This document shows positions 49,525-62,797 of a DNA stretch of 64,000 nucleotides, piece by piece. Below the pieces are notes generated by a model. The model did no database searches and was not told the origin of the DNA. It saw only the letters and a list, made by a program, of their open reading frames with translations. The position numbers and the translations under genes were made by a program. The stretch spans positions 1,116,001 to 1,180,000 of the forward strand of contig CM059432.1 in the NCBI GenBank assembly GCA_030390025.1, written 5' to 3'. This DNA comes from Squalus acanthias (Eukaryota). The first letter of the stretch is position 1, and the number at the start of each line of letters is the position of its first letter.

Positions 49525-50209
49525 TGATTAAAGTCCCAGTTCATTTGGTTTGTATCTAAAGGTGCTGTATAAATACAAGTTGTTCATAGAATCATAGAAA
49601 TTTACGGCACAGAAGGAGGCCATTCGGACCATCGTGGCTGTGCCGGTCGGTTGTATCCTCTTGTGATCAATTTAATCAAAGTCCCCTTTTGTTACTGCAC
49701 GCACATGGTCTGTTTCCAGCACATCTGAATCAGGAGGCCGTTGGCTCAAGCCCCACTCCAGAGATTTGAGCACATTATCTAAACTGGTACTTTAATGCAG
49801 TGCTGAGGGAGTGCTTTAATTTGTAGGCGCCATCTTTCAGATGAGATGCTAAATTAAGGCCGTAATTGATCCCATGGCACTATTTGAAGAGGAGCTGGGA
49901 AATTCTTCCGGTGTCCTGGCCAGTATTTATCCCACAACCAACACTGCTAAGATAAATTATCTGGTCATTTATCTCATTGCCTTGGTGTATGCAAACTGGC
50001 TGCCATTTTTACCTACATTACAACAGTGACTACGTTTTGAAAGTACTTCATTTTTTCTGGCTGTCTTTTGAATGAGATGTGAAACCAAGGCCTCCTCGGC
50101 CCTCTCAGGTGAACGTGAAGGATCCCATGGCACGATTTCAAAGATGAGTAGGGGAGCTCTCCCCATTATCCGCAGTGTTTTGCTGCTGGCTTGCATTGCA
50201 CAAGAGTTG

Positions 50210-51620
50210 GGGGCAAAAGCAATGCTGGGAATCTGAAATAAAAACAAAATGCTGGAAATACTCAGCAGCTCAGGCAGCATCTGTGAAGAGAGAAACAGTT
50301 AACGTTTCAGGTCGGTAACCTTACATCAGAACTCTAAAAAGTTAGAGATGTAACCGGTTTTAAGCAAGTACCGATGCAGGGAAAGGGAGGAGGGGAGGAA
50401 AGAACAAAAGGGAAGGTCTGTGATGGGGTAGAAGGTAGGAGAGATTAAATGACAAAAGGGAAGATGGTGCAAGGCAAAAGAGGGTGGTAATGGGACAAGT
50501 AAATAAGCAAAAGATGGGTCGAGAGGAGGTGTAAATGGTAACCACAATCATTACCAGCACCTGCTGTCTGGAAAAAATGGGCGCGGTGGTTATGATTGCT
50601 GAACTCCATGTTGTAAAGTGCCTAATCGAAAGATGAGGTGCTGTTCCTTGAGCTTCGTTGGAACATTGTAAGTGGCTGAGGTCAGAGTGGGAGTGGTGCA
50701 GAGAATTAAAATGACAGGCAACAGGAAGTTCAAGATCACGCTTGCAGTCCACTGAGGTATTCCACAAAGCGATCACCCAATCTGCATTTGGTCTCTCCTA
50801 ATATAGAGGAGACTGCATTGTGAGCAGCGAATACAGTGCACTAAATTGCAAGAAGTACAATTAAATCACTGTTTCACCTGGAAGGAGTGTTTGGGGCCCT
50901 GGACGGTGGGAAGAAAGGAGGTAAAAGGGCAGGTGTTGCATGTCCTGCGTTTGCACGGAAGATGCCGCGGGAAGGGGAGTGGGCTTTGGGGGTGGTTGAG
51001 GAGTGGACCAGTGGTCGCGGATTGAACGGTCCCTTTGGAATGCTGAAAGAGGAGGGGAAGATGTGTTTGGTGGTGGCAGAAATGGTGGAGGATGATCCAT
51101 TAAATGTGGAGGCTGGTGGGGTGGAAGGTGAGGACAAGGAGAACCATATTGTGGTTCTGGGAGGGAGGGGAAGGGGTGAGAGCAGAAGTGTGGGAAATGG
51201 GATGAAAATGGTCGAGGGCCATGTCAACCACGGTCGAGGGGAATCCTCGGTTGAGGATAAAGGATGACCTATCGGAAGCACTGGTATGGAAGGTGGCATC
51301 ATCAGAACAGATGCGACGGAGAAACTGGGAGAATGGAGTAGAGCAGCGGTTCCCAACCTTTTCCTTCATGCAGACCACCAGCCGTTTAAAAATTGCTTCT
51401 GTGAACCACCAGCCGTTTAAAATTTTTTAACAGCCTATGGCTGACGGGAGTCAAACTTATATATTTTTTTTCACGGACCACCTGCAGTACCCTCGCGGAC
51501 CACAGGTTGGGAAACGCTGGAGTAGAGTCCTTCCAGGGAGCTGGGTGGGAGGAAGTGTAGTCAAGGTAGCTATGTGGGTCAGTGAGCTTAGAGTTGGGGG
51601 ACCCAGGTTTCTGTGCATTT
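50210..51620 (-). mobile_element. Penelope-like family A, 1.4-kb degenerate copy
   Basis: HSYLDYTSSHP, PFSQFLRRICSD and LPVACHFNS motifs, then pLTR with mutated hammerhead (CUGAUGU). Confidence 0.85.
51344..51519. mobile_element. hAT (Charlie-like) MITE, 176 bp
   Basis: TIRs cagcggttcccaacct / aggttgggaaacgctg. Perfect 8-bp TSD gagtagag. Confidence 0.9.
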
Positions 51621-51907
51621 CTTGAACAGTGCTGCAGCTGGAGATAGATAGCACTAATAATGTGGCACAAAGCCAGTTTAGGAACTGTAGCAGTTTGATT
51701 TATGTTTTGTTTGCATAAAGATGAGATTGTTCTTTGATCAAGATCAAATTGGTTCATTTCCTCAATTTTAATTAGCACCATTGTTCCTTAGATGAAAAAT
51801 AATTAATTTGTTCCGTTGTATGTTTGCAAATATGTGAAGTGATCTCTTCCTTCATTGTATTTGTAACCGTGATTTGCCATTAACTGTGTATATGTATATA
51901 GTATTGT

Positions 51908-52511
51908 AGAATCATAGAAGTTTACAGCACAGAAGGAAGCCATTCAGCCCATCGTGTCTGTGCCGGCCGACAAAGAGCGATCCAGCCTAATCCCACTTTC
52001 CAGCCTAATCCCACTTTCCAGCCTAATCCCACTTTCCAGTGATTGGTTCGTAGCCCTGTAGGTTGCGGCACTTCAAGTGCACATCCAAGTACTTTTTAAA
52101 TGTGATGAGGGTTTCTGCCTCTACCACCCTTTCAGGCAGTGAGTTCCAGACCCCCACCACCCTCTGGGTGAACAAAGTTCTCCTCAACTCCCCTCTAATC
52201 CTTCTACCAATTGCTTTAAATCTATGCCCCCTGATTATTGACGTCTTTGCTAAGGGAAATAGGTCCTTCCTATCCACTCTATCTAGGCCCCTCATAATTT
52301 TATACACCTCAATTAAGTCTCCCCTCAGCCTCCTCTGTTTCAAAGGAAACAACCCCAGCCTATCCAATCTTTCCTCATAGCTAAAATTCTCCAATCCTGG
52401 CAACATCCTCGTAAATCTCCTCTGTACCCCCTCTAGTGCAATCACCTCTTTCCAGTAATGTGGTGACCAGAACTGTATGCAGTACTCTAGCTGTGGCCTA
52501 ACTAGTGTTTT
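51908..52511 (-). mobile_element. CR1 LINE 3' end (right arm of long inverted repeat)
   Basis: ORF 52023-52445; 18-bp unit tccagcctaatcccactt triplicated at 51981-52038. Confidence 0.9.
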
Positions 52512-53049
52512 AAGTTTGTCTGGGGACCACTAAGCCAAAGAGTTAACCGGGGAGTTTGAAACTGCATGAGTTCTTTCGAAATCCGGTGCTTGATCAGAAT
52601 GAGAGGCTTGATATAGAAACATAGAAACATAGAAAATAGGTACAGGAGTAGACCATTCGGTCCTTCGAGCCTGCACCGCCATTCAATGCGTTCATGGCTG
52701 AACATGCTACCTCAGTACCCCATTCCTGCTTTCTCGCCATACCCCTTGATCCCTGCTTGAAGGCTAAACTCGTAGGAGTTTTCTGAAAGGATGAAATGGA
52801 CAGAAACGTTTGTTGCATTTAGAAACTTCAATCAGAAGGTAGCCTTACAAAGCACCTAATGATTTGCAGATGGATATTAGTCGCTTTAGTCTGTAAACTG
52901 CCACTGTTTGGTAACTTTTGACATTTGAAGGACAATTTGGTAAAATCAAGTGTTTAGTAGAGAGGCCAAGAGCACTTCAAATGTGCAATTTTGTTTGTGC
53001 TGATGTTTTTGGGAGCTGACCAGTGTAGATTCCGTTTACTGTAGTATGA

Positions 53050-53975
53050 TTTTTTTTAAATTCATTCTTGGGATGTGGGCGTCGCTGGCAAGGCCAGCAT
53101 TTATTGCCCATCCCTAATTGCCCTTGAGAAGGTGGTGGTGAGCCGCCTTCTTGAACCGCTGCAGTTCATGAGGGGAAGGTACTCCCACAGTGCTTTTAGG
53201 GAGGGAGTTCCAGGATTTTGATCCAGTGATGAAGGAACAGAGATATATTTCCAAGTCCTGATGGTGTGTGACTTGGAGGTGGTGGTCTTCCCATGCGCCT
53301 GTTGCCCTTGTCCTTCTAGGTGGTAGAGGTCGCAGGTTTGGGAGGTGCTGTCGTGGAAACCTTGGCGAGTTGCTTCAGTGTATCTTGTAGATGTTACACA
53401 CTGCAGCCACGTTATGCCGGTGGTGGAGGGAGTGAATGTTTAAGGTGGTGGATGGGATGCCAATCAAACGGGCTGCTTTGTGCTGGATGGTGTCGAGCCT
53501 CTCATTCTGATCAAGCACTGGATTTCGAAAGACGCTGCATTCATCCAGGCAAGGGGAGAGTATTCCATCACACTCTTGACTTGTGCCTTGTAGATGGTGG
53601 AAAGGCTTTGGGGAGTCAGGAGGTAAGTCACCTGCCACAGAATACCCAGCCTCTGACCTGCTCTTGTAGCCACAGTATTTATGTGGCTGGTCCAATTAAG
53701 TTTCTGGTCAATGGTGACCCCCCCCCAGTATGTTAATAGTGACCCCCCAGTATGTTGATGGTGGGGAATTGGGCAATGGTAATGCCATTGAATGTCAAGG
53801 GGCGCTGGCTAGACTCTCGCTTGTTGAAGAAAGTCATTGCCTTGCACTTGTGTGGCGCGAATGTTACTTGCCACCTATCAGCCCAAGCCTGAATGTTGTC
53901 CAGGTCTTGCTGCATATGGGCACGGACTGCTTCATTATCTGAGGAGTTGCGAATGGAACTGAACACTGCAATCAT
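53050..53975 (-). mobile_element. CR1-group LINE family C 3' region
   Basis: QQDLDNIQAWADRWQVTFAPHKC and IYKAQVKSVMEYSPLAW motifs; A-rich tail at ~53050. Confidence 0.85.
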
Positions 53976-54894
53976 CATCTCCACACTATTATTGTTGGAA
54001 GCGTCTGGGGAGGCGTGACACTATTTTCTTTGGCCCGGAGAGAACATTGTATGAAAAATCAACAGTTTGCTTGTGTATTTGGGTTCACTCATTGTATGTA
54101 AATATTGAAGTCCTGCTGGGCATCACATATCCTTTATTTGTGAGATATGTAGACTGTACTTTAAAAATATTAAAAAAATATTGTCTGCAATCTTTTAAAA
54201 CTTCCAGATGATTGTTTACAAATGAGACTTTCCTGTAACTAAAGGTCGGAACAAATACTTTTATCTCACCATCTCAAGATGTGATGGGAAATCTCCACTG
54301 TTGGCCAACACATACCTACATAATAGTTATTGCACGTCAAAAGTAATCCATTGCTGGTGAAGAACTTTGAAGTGTATTTAGGACAAAAGGCACTATAGAA
54401 ATCTTATTTCTGACATGACGTATATGTAATAGCTTGTTTTTGATGTTTACAGATGAGGTTTGAAAGTTTGTTGGTTTTTTTTCTACCCTTTTTTTCTTTT
54501 CTCCTTTCTTAATTGTACTGGCATGAACTTTAAGTGCAGGTGAACAATTCATTCTCTCTCTCTTCTCCCCCCAGCCCCTTCCCTGCTATATCCATGATTG
54601 GGAAGCTTGGTTATTCTATTTATATATTAGTAATCTGATGAGTATCAGTTGAGAATAAAACAGTTTGGCATTCCACCTGATCAGAGTCTGTGATTATCTG
54701 CAACCGCTGTATTTGTAGAAATGTGATGACAAGTCAGGAAAGCAAATGTTCCACAAATGACCGTGTTTAATATAGCTTGGGCCGCAAAAAAATTAAACCA
54801 ACCACAAATGCTGAATCCGTCTTTCAGATGGGACGTTTAACCAAGGCCCTGTCTGCCCTCTTGGGTGGACATAAAAGATCCCATGGCACTATTT

Positions 54895-55424
54895 ATAAGT
54901 ATAAGAGTAAGGAAGTCTTGCTACAATTGTACAGGGCCTTGGTGAGACCACACCTGGAGTACTGTGCACAGTTCTGGTCTCCTTATCTAAGGAAGGATAT
55001 ACTTGCCTTGGAGACGGTGCAACGAAGGTTCACTAGATTGATTCCTGGGATGAGCGGGCTGTCCTATGATGAGAGATTGTGTAGATTGGGCCTATACTCT
55101 CTGGAGTTTAGAAGAATGAGAGGTGATCTCAGTGAAACATACAAGATTCTGAAGGGGATTGACAGGGTAGTTGCTGAGAGGTTGTTTCCCCTGGCTGGAG
55201 TGTCTAGAACTAGGGGGCATAGTCTCAGGATAAGAGGTAGGCCATTTAAGACTGAGATGAGAAGGAATTTCTTCACTCAGAAGGTTGTGAATCTTTGGAA
55301 TTCTCTGCCCCAGAGGGCTGTGAATGCTGAGTCTTTGAGCACATTCAATGCTGAGATAGATAGATTTTTGGACTCTAGGGGAATTAAGTGATATGGAGTT
55401 CGGGCGGGAAAGTGGAGTTGAGGT
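54895..55424 (+). mobile_element. CR1 LINE 3' fragment lacking tail
   Basis: [15 protein letters not shown]...FFTQKVVNLWNSLP. Confidence 0.88.
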
Positions 55425-57075
55425 CGCTGCACAGGAGTATTTTAAGATAAAAACTTGACACCAATCCACATAAGGATAAATTAGGGCAGGTGACCAAAAG
55501 CTTGGTCAAGAGGTAAGTTTTAAGGAGTGTCTTAAAGGAGGAAAGAGAGGTAGCGAGGCGGAGAGGTTTAGGCAGGGAGTTCCAGAGCTTGGGGCCTAGG
55601 CAAAACAAGGATGAGAATTTTGAAATCGAGGCGCTGCTTAACCGGGAGCCAATGTAGGTCAGTGAGCACAGGGTTGATGGGCGAACGGGACTTGGTTCGA
55701 GTTAGGACACGGGCAGCCGAGCTTTTGATGACCTCAAGTTTACAAAGGGTAGAATGTGGGAGGCCAGCCAGGAGTGCGTTAGAATGGTCAAGTCTAGAGG
55801 TAACAAAGGCATGGATGAGGGTTTCAGCAGTGGATGAGCTGAGGCAAGGGCGGAGACGGGCAATGTTAGAGGTGGAAGTAGGCGGTCTTTGTTATGCTGC
55901 GGGTATGTGGTCGGAAACTCATTTCGGGGTCAAATATGACACCAAGGTTGCCAACAGTGTGGTTCAGCCTCAGACAGATGTTCGGGAGAGGGATGGAGTC
56001 AGTGGCTAGGGAACGGAGTTTGTGGCGGGGACCGAAAACAATGGCTTTGGTTTTCCCAATATTTAATTGGAGAAAATTTTTTCTCATCCAGAACTGTATG
56101 TCAGACAAGCAGTCTGACAATTTAGACACCGTGGAGGGGTCGAGAGAAGTAGTAGTGAGGTAGAGCTGGGTGTCATCAGCGTTCATGTGGAAACTGACGC
56201 TGTGTTTTCGGATTATGCCGCCAAGGGACAACATGTAGATGAGAAATAGGAGGGGACCAAGGATAGATCCTTGGGGGACACCAGAGGTAACGATGCCGGA
56301 GTTGGAAGAGAAGCTGTTGCAGGTGATTCTCTGGTTATGATCAGATAGATAAGAATGGAACCAGGCGAGTGCAGCCCCACCTAGCTGGACGACGGTGGAG
56401 AGGCGTTGGAGAAGGATTGAGTGGTCAACCGTGGCTGCAGACAAGTCAAGAAGGACGAGGAGGATGTCATTTGTGACTGAGAGCCATTTCGGTACTGTGG
56501 CAAGGGTGGAAACCTGATTGGAGGGATTCAAACATGGAATTGCGGGAAAGATGGGCACGGATTTGGGAGGCGACGACGCGTTCAAGGACTTTGGAGACGA
56601 AAAGGAGGTTGGAGATGGGGCGGTAGTTTGCAAGGATGGAGGGGTCAAGGGTTGGTTTTTGACAAGAGGGGTGATGACGGCAGATTTGAGGGAGAGGGGG
56701 GACAGTACCCGAGGAGAGAGAATCGTTAACAATATCAGCTAACATGGGAGCCAGAAAAGGCAGTTTGGTTGGAATAGGGTCGAGGGAGCAGGAGGTGGGT
56801 CTCGTAGACAAGATGAGCACAGGGAGATTGGCGAGAAACTGGAGAAAGGGCTAGGGCAGGGGGGTACCTTAGGGAAGGAAGGAAAGTGGCAGAGGCAGCT
56901 GAACAGATGGTCTCAATCTTAGAGACAAAGAAGTCCATGAGCTCCTCACATTTGTTATTGGAGGTGAGGGTGGAGGAGACAGGGGAGAGGGGTTTAAGAA
57001 GATGGTTGGCAGTAGAGAATAGGAGCCGGGGTTTATCTTTGCATTCCAGAATGATTCTGGAATAGTGAGCAATTT
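55425..57075 (-). mobile_element. L2 LINE, disrupted
   Basis: GVPQGSILGPLLFLIYM, NADDTQLY and NYRPISNL motifs. Confidence 0.9.
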
Positions 57076-58764
57076 TTAAAAAACAGATTATCTGATCATT
57101 GTCACATCACTTTGTGGCTGCCGCGTTTCATACATTACAACAGTGACTACAGTTCAAAAATACAAAAGCTGTAAAATGCTTTGGGACGATCTGAGGTTGT
57201 GAAAGGCGCTGTATAAATGCAAGTCGTCTTTTTTTTCTGAACTCGTAAAGTATAAAGCGATCAATGATTATGCATTTGTTTAAAGATGGCTGGGAGCAAG
57301 CTGAGACTACTGAATGCACCTCATTATACTCTTCCTGCTATGTCACTATACCTGCTATTGGATTGGATTGGATTGGGTATCATTGTTCCAGCTGTATTTA
57401 AATTGATTTGAAAATGAGCACTCCAGTTTCAAAAGACCCAATAAAAACCAAAAATGCTCGAGGTACAAATAATATCCATCAGCTGTTGTACCTGCAGTAT
57501 ATTTCAAACACTTGTTTTTAATGTTTCTTTTATTAAGAAAAAAGGATTTTCTTGGCTCCAAGTGGATGGTGCTGTCGTTCTTCTTGCAAGACAACTCTTA
57601 ACCAATGCGCTCCCTGAGAATATAAGAAAAGTGGGAAATGACCAAACGGCAACCTTTTCCCTTCCCACCCACCACCTGACAAAGATGTAACCTAGTGCCT
57701 GATTTCCCCCCACCCTCGAACTATGCAATCTCCTGGTAGAGGCAAAAAAAGAGGGGGAAAGCAAACTTATATTTACATCAAATTGAAATTAATTAAATTG
57801 TTACCACTACTATCAGCTGCTCCACGTTGTCAGTCCTATTTGAGTCACATACTGGGCGACACTATCCCTGTCCCACAGAATTCAATGCTACTTCGTATCC
57901 CACTGGATGTCGACCTAGTATTCAGAGAGCGGAACTCTCGTCTACGCTTTCTGGGATTGTCTGGAATGTGGTTCCAGCCCATCACGTGTGGACTCTGAGG
58001 CGGAAATGCTATCACTAAGCCTAGGCTTACTCCACAGTAATGGATGCATAAGATTTCGTTATCTACATACGAACCACCTTTAAATATAGAATCACAGAAT
58101 TTTACACTGCCCGTTGTGCCTGCACTGACTCTGAACTATCCAATTAGTCCCATTCCTTTGCTTTTTCCTTTTTGTTTCTTTCCTTTTTTTAAAAGCTATT
58201 ATGAATTCTGTTTGTACCACTTCATGGTAGGGCACTCTCTGTCCTAACAGCCCTATTCTTCATGGATACTGTATATTGAAAATAAAAGCAGTCTTAACTT
58301 CTTCCTTCGGTCTCTCGGTGCTGATCTTTAGGTTTATGCTCTCACCAACCAGTGAAAATAGTTTTCCCAACTTACGTTATCAAAGCCCCCCCCTCATCAG
58401 ATATCTTCACCTTCAGCGCCCTAGTGAAAAGAGCCCCAGATTCTCTAGTGTCCTAAACCTCTTATAACTAAATTAAACTAAAGCCTCTTAACCTTGGTAT
58501 CATTCGAGTAAATCTCTTTACCCTCTGCATAAATGCTGCGACCGTCTTAAAGCAGGGCACCCAAAACTCAACACACTATTGGAGTTGTGGTCTAACAAAT
58601 GATTTGTACAGTGATTCAGTTTTTTTGCACTAAAAAATAATTTGAATTAAGCAATGCAAATTAAGTAGGAATTTAGTGATTATCAGATACTACTTTGAAT
58701 TTAAGAGTAGACTGTACATGAATTAACATTACATCTACTTTTGCACCCACTTGTAAAACTAAAG

Positions 58765-60205
58765 ATCTGTCCCTGCCTCAGCTTTTCTGCTGCTGAAACC
58801 CTCATCCATCTCTTTGTTACCTCTAGAGTCGACTATTCCAATGCTCTCCTGGCCGGCCTCCCACCTTGCACCTCCATAAAGTTGAGCTCACCTAAAACTC
58901 TGCTGCCCTAATCCTAACTTGCACCAAGTCCCGTTCACCCATCCCCCTTGTGCTTGCTAACTTGCTACATTGGCTCCCAGTCCGGCAACACCTCGCTTTT
59001 TAAATCTCTCATTCTTGTTTTCAAACAAGAGCAGGTCAGAGGCTGGGTATTCTGCGGCAAGTGTCTCACCTCCTGACTTTCCAAAGCCTTTCCACCATCT
59101 ACAAGGCACAAGTCAGGAGTGTGATGGAATGCTCTCCACTTGCCTGGATGAGTGCAGCTCCAACAACACTCGAGAAGCTTGACACCATTCAAAACAAAGC
59201 AGCCTGCTTGATTGGCACCTCATCCACCACCTTAAACATTCACTCATAACAACAGAAAACGCTGGAAAAACTCAGCAGGCCAGGCAGCATCCGTGGAGAG
59301 AGAAAGAGAGTTAACGTTTCAGGTCGATGACCTTTCATCTGATGAAAGGTCATCGACCTGAAACGTTAACTCTCTTTCTCTCTCCACGGATGCTGCCTGG
59401 CCTGCTGAGTTTTTCCAGCGTTTTCTGTTGTTATTTCGGATTTCCAGCATCCGCAGTATTTTGCTATCGTTAAACATTCACTCCCTCCACCACCGGCATA
59501 CCGTGGCTGCAGTGTGTACCATCTACAAGATGCACTGCAGCAACTCCCAAACCCGCAACCTCTACCACCGAGAAGGATAAAGGCAGGAGGCACATGGGAA
59601 CACCAGCACCTCCACGTCACACACCATCCTGACTTGAAAGTGTATTGCCGTTCCTTCATCGTTGCTGGGTGAAAATCCTGGAAAACTCTCCCTAACAGCA
59701 CTGTGGGACAAATGCTGCAGCGGTTCAAGAAGGCGGCTCACCACCACCTTCTCGGGGGCAATTAGGGATGGGCAATAAATGCTGGGACTTGCCAGTGATG
59801 CCCACATCCTGTGAATGAATTAAAAAAAAAAAAAATCCCTCCATGGCCTCGCTCCTCCCTATCTTTGTAATCTCCTCCAGCCTGCAACCCTCAGCGATCT
59901 CTGCGTTCCTCCAATTCTGGCCTCTTGCACTGCCCTGGTTTCCATAGCCCCCACCATTGGCGGTCGTGTTTTTAGCTGCCTAGGCCATAAGCTCTGGAAT
60001 TCCCTCCCTAAACCTCTCCGCCTTTCTACCTCTCTCTCCTCATTGAAGGACGCTCCTTAAAACTCCCCTCTTTGACCAAGCTTTTGGTCATCTGTCCTAA
60101 TATCTCGATGTGGCTTGGTGTCAAATTGTGTTTGATAACGCTCCTGTGAAGCACCTTGAAATGTTTTACTACGTTAAAGGTGCTATATAAATGCAAGTTG
60201 TTGGA
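58765..60205 (+). mobile_element. L2 3' end split by LINE family C (~59025-59835)
   Basis: Host cttgttttcaaa|tccctccatggcc is reconstituted after removing the insert, which ends in poly(A). Confidence 0.85.
59246..59469 (+). mobile_element. PLE family A perfect fold-back insertion with hammerhead core
   Basis: Identical 94-bp inverted arms (59246-59339, 59341-59434), 35-nt tail and perfect 14-bp TSD ttaaacattcactc. Confidence 0.92.
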
Positions 60206-60694
60206 ATCAGTGCTGGGAATTCAGATACCAAATCCCTATCATTTTGAGGACCTTTAAGATCCCTTTGGATTGTTACTGAACCACTTCTATATAAAACTTT
60301 AGAAGTCCATATTTGTAGGTGTTAAAGAACAAAACTTTGGGAGGCAGCCATTTAACGTGCAAGTTCTGATAAATTTTTGGCTTTAGACTTGTTTCTCGCA
60401 ACCAGTATCACTTTGATCCAAGGAATACTCTATTTTATAAAATTTGGAACAAGGTCCTAGACAGTGCCTTCAAGTCTGGCACTGAATGCAAAGCCATTAT
60501 GTTTAATTACAGGATGGAGTCATACTATAAGCAAGGAAGCAAGCTGAGCTGTTTTCTGGCATGTTTTGTGTTTTTGGTGTCTGCCAAATTATACAGTATA
60601 CTGAAGAATTACCCGAAATACTAAGTTCTAGTGCCTGAATCCTTTTAACCAAGTCCTTGTATATGAATCAGTTGTAGTATGGTAGATATTATGT

Positions 60695-61120
60695 TGATAG
60701 ACTGGAGAAGCTGGGGTTGTTCTCCTTGGAGCAGAGAAGGTTGAGAGGAGATTTGATAGAGGCGTTCAAAATCATGAGGGGTCTGGACACAGTAGATGGA
60801 GAGAAACTGTTCCCATTGGCAGAAGGGTCGAGAACCAGAGGACAGAGATTTAAGGTGATTGGCAACAGAACCAAAGGCGACATAAGAAAAAACTTCTTTA
60901 CGCAGCGAGTGGTTAGGATCTGGAATGCATTGCCTGAAAGGGTGGTGGAGGCAGACTCGATCTTACCTTTCAAAAGGGAGTTGGATAAGTATCTGAAGGA
61001 ACAAGATTTGCAGGGCTACGGGGAAAGGGCAGGGGAGTGGGACTAGCTGAGAGTCGACACGGGCTCGATGGGCCGAATGGCGGCCTTCTGTGCTGTAACC
61101 ATTCTATGATTCTATTCTAT
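60695..61120 (+). mobile_element. CR1 LINE 3' end
   Basis: RRLRGDLIE...FFTQRVVRIWNALP; (attct)n tail. Confidence 0.88.
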
Positions 61121-61222
61121 ATTTTTGTATTTTCCTGCATCAGTCAGTGAGATTAATTCTGATACACCAGCTTGTTAAGGATGAGATTTGATTCGAAAAA
61201 TGAGCTCCCAGGTACAAAATAA

Positions 61223-62110
61223 TTGGGTGGCAGGAAAAATCAGAGAGCAAGTTATTATCTTAATGGCGAGAAACTGGAAAGTACTGCAGTACAAAGGGAT
61301 CTGGGGGTCCTAGTGCAAGAAAATCAAAAAGTTAGTATGCAGGTGCAGCAGGTGATCAAGAAGGCCAACGGAATGTTGGCTTTTATTGCTAGGGGGATAG
61401 ATTATAAAAACAGGGAGGTATTGCTGCAGTTATATAGGGTATTGGTGAGACCGCACATTGGAATACTGCATACAGTTTTGGTGTCCATACTTAAGAAAAG
61501 ACATACTTGCTCTCGAGGCAGTACAAAGAAGGTTCACTCGGTTAATCCCGGGGATGAGGGGGTGGACATATGAGGAGAGGTTGAGTAGATTGGGACTCTA
61601 CTCATTGGAGTTCAGAAGAATGAGAGGCGATCTTATTGAAACATATAAGATTGTGAAGGGGCTTGATCGGGTGGACGCGGTAAGGATGTTCCCAAGATGG
61701 GTGAAACTAGAACTAGGGGGCATAATCTTAGAATAAGGAGCTGCTCTTTCAAAACTGAGATGAGGAGAAACTTCTTCACTCAGAGGGTAGTAGGTCTGTG
61801 GAATTTGCTGCCCCAGGAAGCTGTGGAAGCTACATCATTAAATAAATTTAAAACAGAAATAGATAGTTTCCTAGAGGTAAAGGGAATAAGGGGTTACGGT
61901 GAGCGGGCAGGAAATTGGACATGAGGCTGAGTTCGGATCGGTCAGGGCCCTGTGGGTGGCGGAGCGGGCCCAGGGGCTGAGTGGCCGGGTCCTGCTCCTA
62001 CTTCTTGTGTTCTTTAGATTTGAGGTTCGGATCAGATCAGCCATGATCTCATTGAATGGCGGAGCAGGCTCGAGGGGCCGATTGGCCTACTCCTGCTCCT
62101 ATTTCTTATA
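61223..62110 (+). mobile_element. CR1 LINE 3' end with duplicated terminal region
   Basis: Same subfamily as 35294-36200. Confidence 0.9.
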
Positions 62111-62268
62111 TTGCAGGCTTGGGATTGAGGTGACATTACTGTCAATCGCTCGATACGTTACTTCATTTCACCAGTTTGTCTTTCTCTGTTTACCAAAGTT
62201 ATCTAACCATTGGGAAAAGCTATGGGCTGACAGTAATTGGGCCCTTTACACTTGTTACGCCATATTAA

Positions 62269-62418
<150 letters not shown>

Positions 62419-62797
62419 TGAGTTTCGGTGAAAACTTTTCTTCAATGCTTCTGCGTTGAAAGTTTATATAGATAACCCTCAGAAAATTTCCATCTGTAAT
62501 AATTCATTGTATTTGTCTAGTATATTTAAAAGGAAAGAATTGAGCCCTTTTTATCCTATATTCAGTATTCCTTTCAATACTTTTTATTTTGCTGCCTTGA
62601 GCTCAATATATGTCATGTTATCCACACTCTAACTCATGGGATTCATCACCCGGAAACAATGTCCTCACTGAAGTCAGTGCAAGACATGTTCTTAGGAGCG
62701 TAATTCCAGATAGGGTGGGTGAGAGATCCTTACCAGTGGATTAGTTTGTTAATTCCTGGATAATCCTATATTCTTAGATCAAACTTCAGGATTTAAA

